A stretch of DNA of 64,000 bases, from the NCBI GenBank assembly GCA_965249485.1, contig OZ252239.1, positions 2,784,001 to 2,848,000 on the forward strand, in the 5' to 3' direction. The notes below the pieces were generated by a model. It saw only the letters and a list, made by a program, of their open reading frames with translations, did no database searches and had not been told where the DNA came from. Below, piece after piece: positions 60,382 to 64,000 of the stretch. Each line of letters opens with the position of its first letter. The stretch's first letter is position 1. This DNA comes from a bacterium (lineage in GTDB: Bacteria; SM23-31). Position numbers and translations under genes: made by a program.

Positions 60382-62376
60382 TTAATAATTCACTTTAGAT
60401 GATTTTATTAAACTCTCTATTTCATCTCTCAAAGCAGCAGCTCTTTCAAAAGATAGATTTTTCGCAGCTACCTTCATCTCTTTTTCTAGCCTGTCAATCA
60501 TCTCTTCTCTCTCTAATGCGGAAAGAATTCGCTCTTCCCGTTTTTCCCTAATAACAGGTTGTCCTTTTGCATCTGCCACTGATGTAGAAATCAAAACTTC
60601 ATCAATAGTTTTATATACAGTCATCGGTGTAATACTATTCTCTTTATTATAGGCTTCCTGAATCTTTTTCCGCCGCTCTGTCTCATCAATAAGATTTTGC
60701 ATCGCATTCGTTACTTTATCTGCGTAGAGCAATACTGTTCCATTAACATTTCGCGCTGCGCGGCCTGCGGTCTGCATGAGGGATCGCTCTGATCTCAAAA
60801 ACCCTTCCTTGTCTGCATCAAGAATTGCTACAAGCGAAACTTCCGGCAGATCCAATCCTTCTCTCAGAAGATTGATGCCAACAAGAACATCAAACTCGGC
60901 AAGGCGTAGTTCCCGCAAAATTTCCACTCTATCAAGTGCAGCGATCTCAGAATGGAGATAGCGAACTTTAATACCCAATGAAGCAAGATAATCTGATAGA
61001 TCTTCGGACATTCTCTTGGTCAGAGTTGTCACTAATATCCGTTCATTAATTTCTGTACGCTGTTTTATTTCATCGATAAGGTCGTCAATCTGACCTTTAA
61101 TCGGACGAATTATAATAGTAGGATCAGTCAAACCGGTCGGCCGAATAATCTGCTCCACAACAACTCCACCTGATTGCTCATATTCATATTCTGATGGCGT
61201 CGCAGAAACAAATACTGCATGATTAATCAAAGATTGAAACTCTTCAAAATAGAGCGGCCTGTTATCAAGAGCAGACGGTAGCCTGAAACCGTACTCAACA
61301 AGTGTTTGCTTGCGGGACTTATCACCTGCTGACATCCCTCTGATTTGCGGTAGTGTAGCATGCGATTCATCGATAAAAGTGATATAATCTTTAGGAAAAA
61401 AATCTATAAGCGTATACGGTCTCTGCCCCTGATCTCTTCCGGTTATATGCCGGGAATAGTTTTCGATACCGGAGCAGTACCCCAGCTCCTCCATCATTTC
61501 AATATCATATTTTGTCCGCTGTTCTATTCGCTGTGCCTCAAGCAGCTTGTTCTCCGAACGGAATTCTGTCAGTTGCTCTTCAAGTTCTTCTTTTATTTTT
61601 ACTATCGCCTTTTCGAGCTTGGGTACAGTAGTAACAAAATGGCGTGCTGGGTAAATATAAGCTGCCTCCCGCTCGCTAATCACTTCTCCTGTTATTACAT
61701 TGATTTCTGATATCCGCTCAATTTCTGTATCGAATAATTCAACACGGATTGCAGTATCGGTATATGATGGAAAAATTTCAATAACATCACCTCGTGCTCG
61801 AAAGGTACCCCGGTGAAAATCGATATCATTTCGTGAATAGAGAATGTCAATAAGACTTTCGAGTATCGCACGTCTTTCTATCTTTTGGCCTTTTCTAAGC
61901 TGCATATGGAGGTTGGCATAATCTTCCGGTGAACCTAAACCGTATATGCAGGATACAGACGCTACAACGATCACATCCTCGCGCTCAAGAAGAGAACTTG
62001 TTGTTCTCAGGCGGAGTTTGTCTATTTCTTCATTAACCGATGTGTCTTTTTCAATATAAAGGTCCTGGACTGCTACATATGCCTCCGGTTGGTAGTAGTC
62101 ATAATAGCTGATAAAATACTCGACGGCATTATGGGGGAAGAAATTTTTGAATTCTCCATATAACTGAGCAGCAAGTGTCTTGTTGTGAGATATGATCAGC
62201 GTGGGTCTGTCTAACTTCTGTATAACATTCGCCATAGTGAAGGTTTTGCCTGATCCCGTAACTCCGAGAAGTGTCTGATACTTTCTGCTGTCCAGAATAC
62301 CTGCACTAATCTCATCGATCGCTTGCTGTTGATCACCCTTTGGCGAGTAGTTTGTAACCAGTTTAAATTTCGACAT
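60382..62376 (-). CDS. uvrB: Excinuclease ABC subunit B
   Basis: [43 protein letters not shown] and a C-terminal UVR motif. Confidence 0.98.
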   Translation of the reverse strand: MSKFKLVTNYSPKGDQQQAIDEISAGILDSRKYQTLLGVTGSGKTFTMANVIQKLDRPTLIISHNKTLAAQLYGEFKNFFPHNAVEYFISYYDYYQPEAYVAVQDLYIEKDTSVNEEIDKLRLRTTSSLLEREDVIVVASVSCIYGLGSPEDYANLHMQLRKGQKIERRAILESLIDILYSRNDIDFHRGTFRARGDVIEIFPSYTDTAIRVELFDTEIERISEINVITGEVISEREAAYIYPARHFVTTVPKLEKAIVKIKEELEEQLTEFRSENKLLEAQRIEQRTKYDIEMMEELGYCSGIENYSRHITGRDQGQRPYTLIDFFPKDYITFIDESHATLPQIRGMSAGDKSRKQTLVEYGFRLPSALDNRPLYFEEFQSLINHAVFVSATPSEYEYEQSGGVVVEQIIRPTGLTDPTIIIRPIKGQIDDLIDEIKQRTEINERILVTTLTKRMSEDLSDYLASLGIKVRYLHSEIAALDRVEILRELRLAEFDVLVGINLLREGLDLPEVSLVAILDADKEGFLRSERSLMQTAGRAARNVNGTVLLYADKVTNAMQNLIDETERRKKIQEAYNKENSITPMTVYKTIDEVLISTSVADAKGQPVIREKREERILSALEREEMIDRLEKEMKVAAKNLSFERAAALRDEIESLIKSSKVNY

Positions 62377-62421
62377 TGAGTACTAGTAAATTATTAACAT
62401 TTTGGAATTTCCTTTAATACA

Positions 62422-62460
62422 TATGACACAATGTCATAACAACACTAACAATTTGTCATA
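62422..62460. promoter_or_regulatory. Tandem palindromic operator-like sites (TATGACA-N3-TGTCATA)
   Basis: Perfect palindrome at 62422-62438 and an imperfect copy at 62445-62460, centres 22 bp apart, upstream of uvrB. Confidence 0.5.
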
Positions 62461-62528
62461 TACCAATAATAACAAATCCAATTCACGTTCTCAAGTTATT
62501 TGTTGACAATTTTTTAACTCATAGTCCA

Positions 62529-63728
62529 TTACATATTTACCCATATAGCATTCGAAATAATCCATAGTTCTTCCCGCATTTTACCAAACACAAGTTCAGG
62601 CCGCAATTGATAGACTTCAACATAATATTTATCATTTTCCGTAATTTTAAATTCTCTTTTTGATCCATCGTGAATTGCAATAGTACGTGTAGGCGATTTG
62701 AGATAAATCCTTACATTTTTATCGAGAGGGACATGAACCTGAAGCGACAAAATTCCGATTTCCGGAGCGGAGTTCTGTCGATCGATTGTGTCACCGGGTA
62801 GATACTTGGTGCAATCTATTTCTGCATAAAATAAAAATCCTTCTGAATCTCCCAGGTTTTCAAAACTGATAAACGAATTCCCCTTTTTCAATGCATTAAA
62901 AATCAGTCTTGAATCTTGCGAAAGCTCCCCGGACATCGGTTCCTGCAACACAATAGATGTCTGCACCATTTTAAATGTTCTTTCGTATGAAGGAAATGGT
63001 ATATACCACGAACTATTCAGTTTAATTTTTGCGTGTGCATCGGTACTACCGAATATTACATAATTGTCATCCAATTCCCGCTGAATGTCATTCCACAACT
63101 TTAAGGTATACTCCGGATAGTAGTAAAGCAGATTTAATGAAGCATCAGAAAATGGATACATGGTAAATGCCTGAGCAAGATTCAATACAGATGATTCACG
63201 CCAAAAAACGTCTGCATTGACTGCTTCAAGAGCGTTTATTTTTTGAAGTGTACTTTTATCAATCGGTTTTTTCTTCAAATCGGGATGAGCTCCGATAATA
63301 AGAGCTTCTTCATCAAAATCGTATAAATGCTCCAGTACATATGTGGAATAATCGTGAAATGTGGAGTCAGGATGAGGGATATATAAAAAATGGCCTTCTT
63401 CCATATTAACTTCACAACCCGCCATCACCAGGACTGAATCATAGTAACCGTTATCCAATCTGGCTTCGCTACTGACAGAGTGGTCAGCCATAATCACAAA
63501 TTGAGCACCTGCTGTTTGAGCAGCATAAGCAATAGATTCAGCTACACCGCTGCCATCGGAACGGTTGGAATGAACATGAATTGCTCCAGCATAGGTGAAA
63601 AGCTGAGGATGATTCTCTATTCCAGTTGTCGGCAGTGGAACAACTTGCTGAACATTTATAAAGGCTATTATTGCGGATACTAATAACGATGAAAAAGTAC
63701 ATGCAGATAGGATTCTTAACTTTTTCAA
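62529..63728 (-). CDS. PHP-domain metal-dependent phosphoesterase-like protein with an N-terminal membrane anchor
   Basis: GAIHVHSNRSDGSG, MADH, AHP and GSTDAH; TTG start overlaps the upstream stop codon. Confidence 0.8.
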   Translation of the reverse strand: MKKLRILSACTFSSLLVSAIIAFINVQQVVPLPTTGIENHPQLFTYAGAIHVHSNRSDGSGVAESIAYAAQTAGAQFVIMADHSVSSEARLDNGYYDSVLVMAGCEVNMEEGHFLYIPHPDSTFHDYSTYVLEHLYDFDEEALIIGAHPDLKKKPIDKSTLQKINALEAVNADVFWRESSVLNLAQAFTMYPFSDASLNLLYYYPEYTLKLWNDIQRELDDNYVIFGSTDAHAKIKLNSSWYIPFPSYERTFKMVQTSIVLQEPMSGELSQDSRLIFNALKKGNSFISFENLGDSEGFLFYAEIDCTKYLPGDTIDRQNSAPEIGILSLQVHVPLDKNVRIYLKSPTRTIAIHDGSKREFKITENDKYYVEVYQLRPELVFGKMREELWIISNAIWVNM

Positions 63729-64000
63729 TCAGGCAATCCTTTTATCCGTTGGATGATTTCTGTGGTAGAAATACCAGGAGTCATTGATATCGGTATTACT
63801 TTTCCGCCATTATTAACCACTTCTTCATACCCGACGATATCTTTTAATTGATATTCTGCTCCCTTTACAAGGATATCAGGTAATACTTCTCTAATGAGTT
63901 GCAACGGTGTGTCTTCGTCAAATAAACACACAGCATCAACATTCCTGAGTGATGCAATCAACATCGCTCTGTCCGCTTCACTTATCAACGGTCGCCCTTT
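63725..64000 (-). CDS. rfaE2: D-glycero-beta-D-manno-heptose 1-phosphate adenylyltransferase (RfaE2 / HldE domain II), 5' part outside the window
   Basis: KGRPLISEADRA...VDAVCLFDEDTPLQLIREVLPDILVKG...GISTTEIIQRI. Confidence 0.88.
   Translation of the reverse strand, partial: KGRPLISEADRAMLIASLRNVDAVCLFDEDTPLQLIREVLPDILVKGAEYQLKDIVGYEEVVNNGGKVIPISMTPGISTTEIIQRIKGLPD

Overview
64 kb AT-rich bacterial chromosomal segment. Gene content and order suggest a flagellated, diderm member of the FCB superphylum (KSB1/Calditrichota/Marinisomatota-like; inferred, not verified). Most of it is housekeeping and on the minus strand: degP, PBP1A, glmM, dapA-dapB-dapH, ispG, pgsA, cdsA, rplM-rpsI-rpsB-tsf-pyrH-frr, pyrR-pyrB-pyrC, rodZ, maf, ctpA, tsaD, lptE, purD, uvrB, plus tRNA-Gly(CCC) and tRNA-Val(CAC). 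The best candidate for an undescribed system is a co-directional run at 17.7-28.2 kb: NHL protein, a giant SprA-motif beta-barrel, an Omp85/TamA paralog, an archaeal-type DGGGP-synthase-like UbiA prenyltransferase, cdsA, pgsA and ispG. It could encode isoprenoid (ether) phospholipid synthesis linked to outer-membrane assembly. Other points of interest: an 852-aa TPR protein with a ~680-aa hyperacidic linker; an aspartate-dehydrogenase-like plus MLE-family pair ahead of a Firmicute-type dap cluster; an orphan fliG with a sigma-28-like promoter; two accessory islets next to the tRNAs; two genes broken at homopolymer runs; a CDS whose stop codon lies inside tRNA-Val; and a perfect 32-bp inverted repeat. 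No CRISPR array, integrase or transposase was seen. All family calls come from motif recognition only; no database searches were run.
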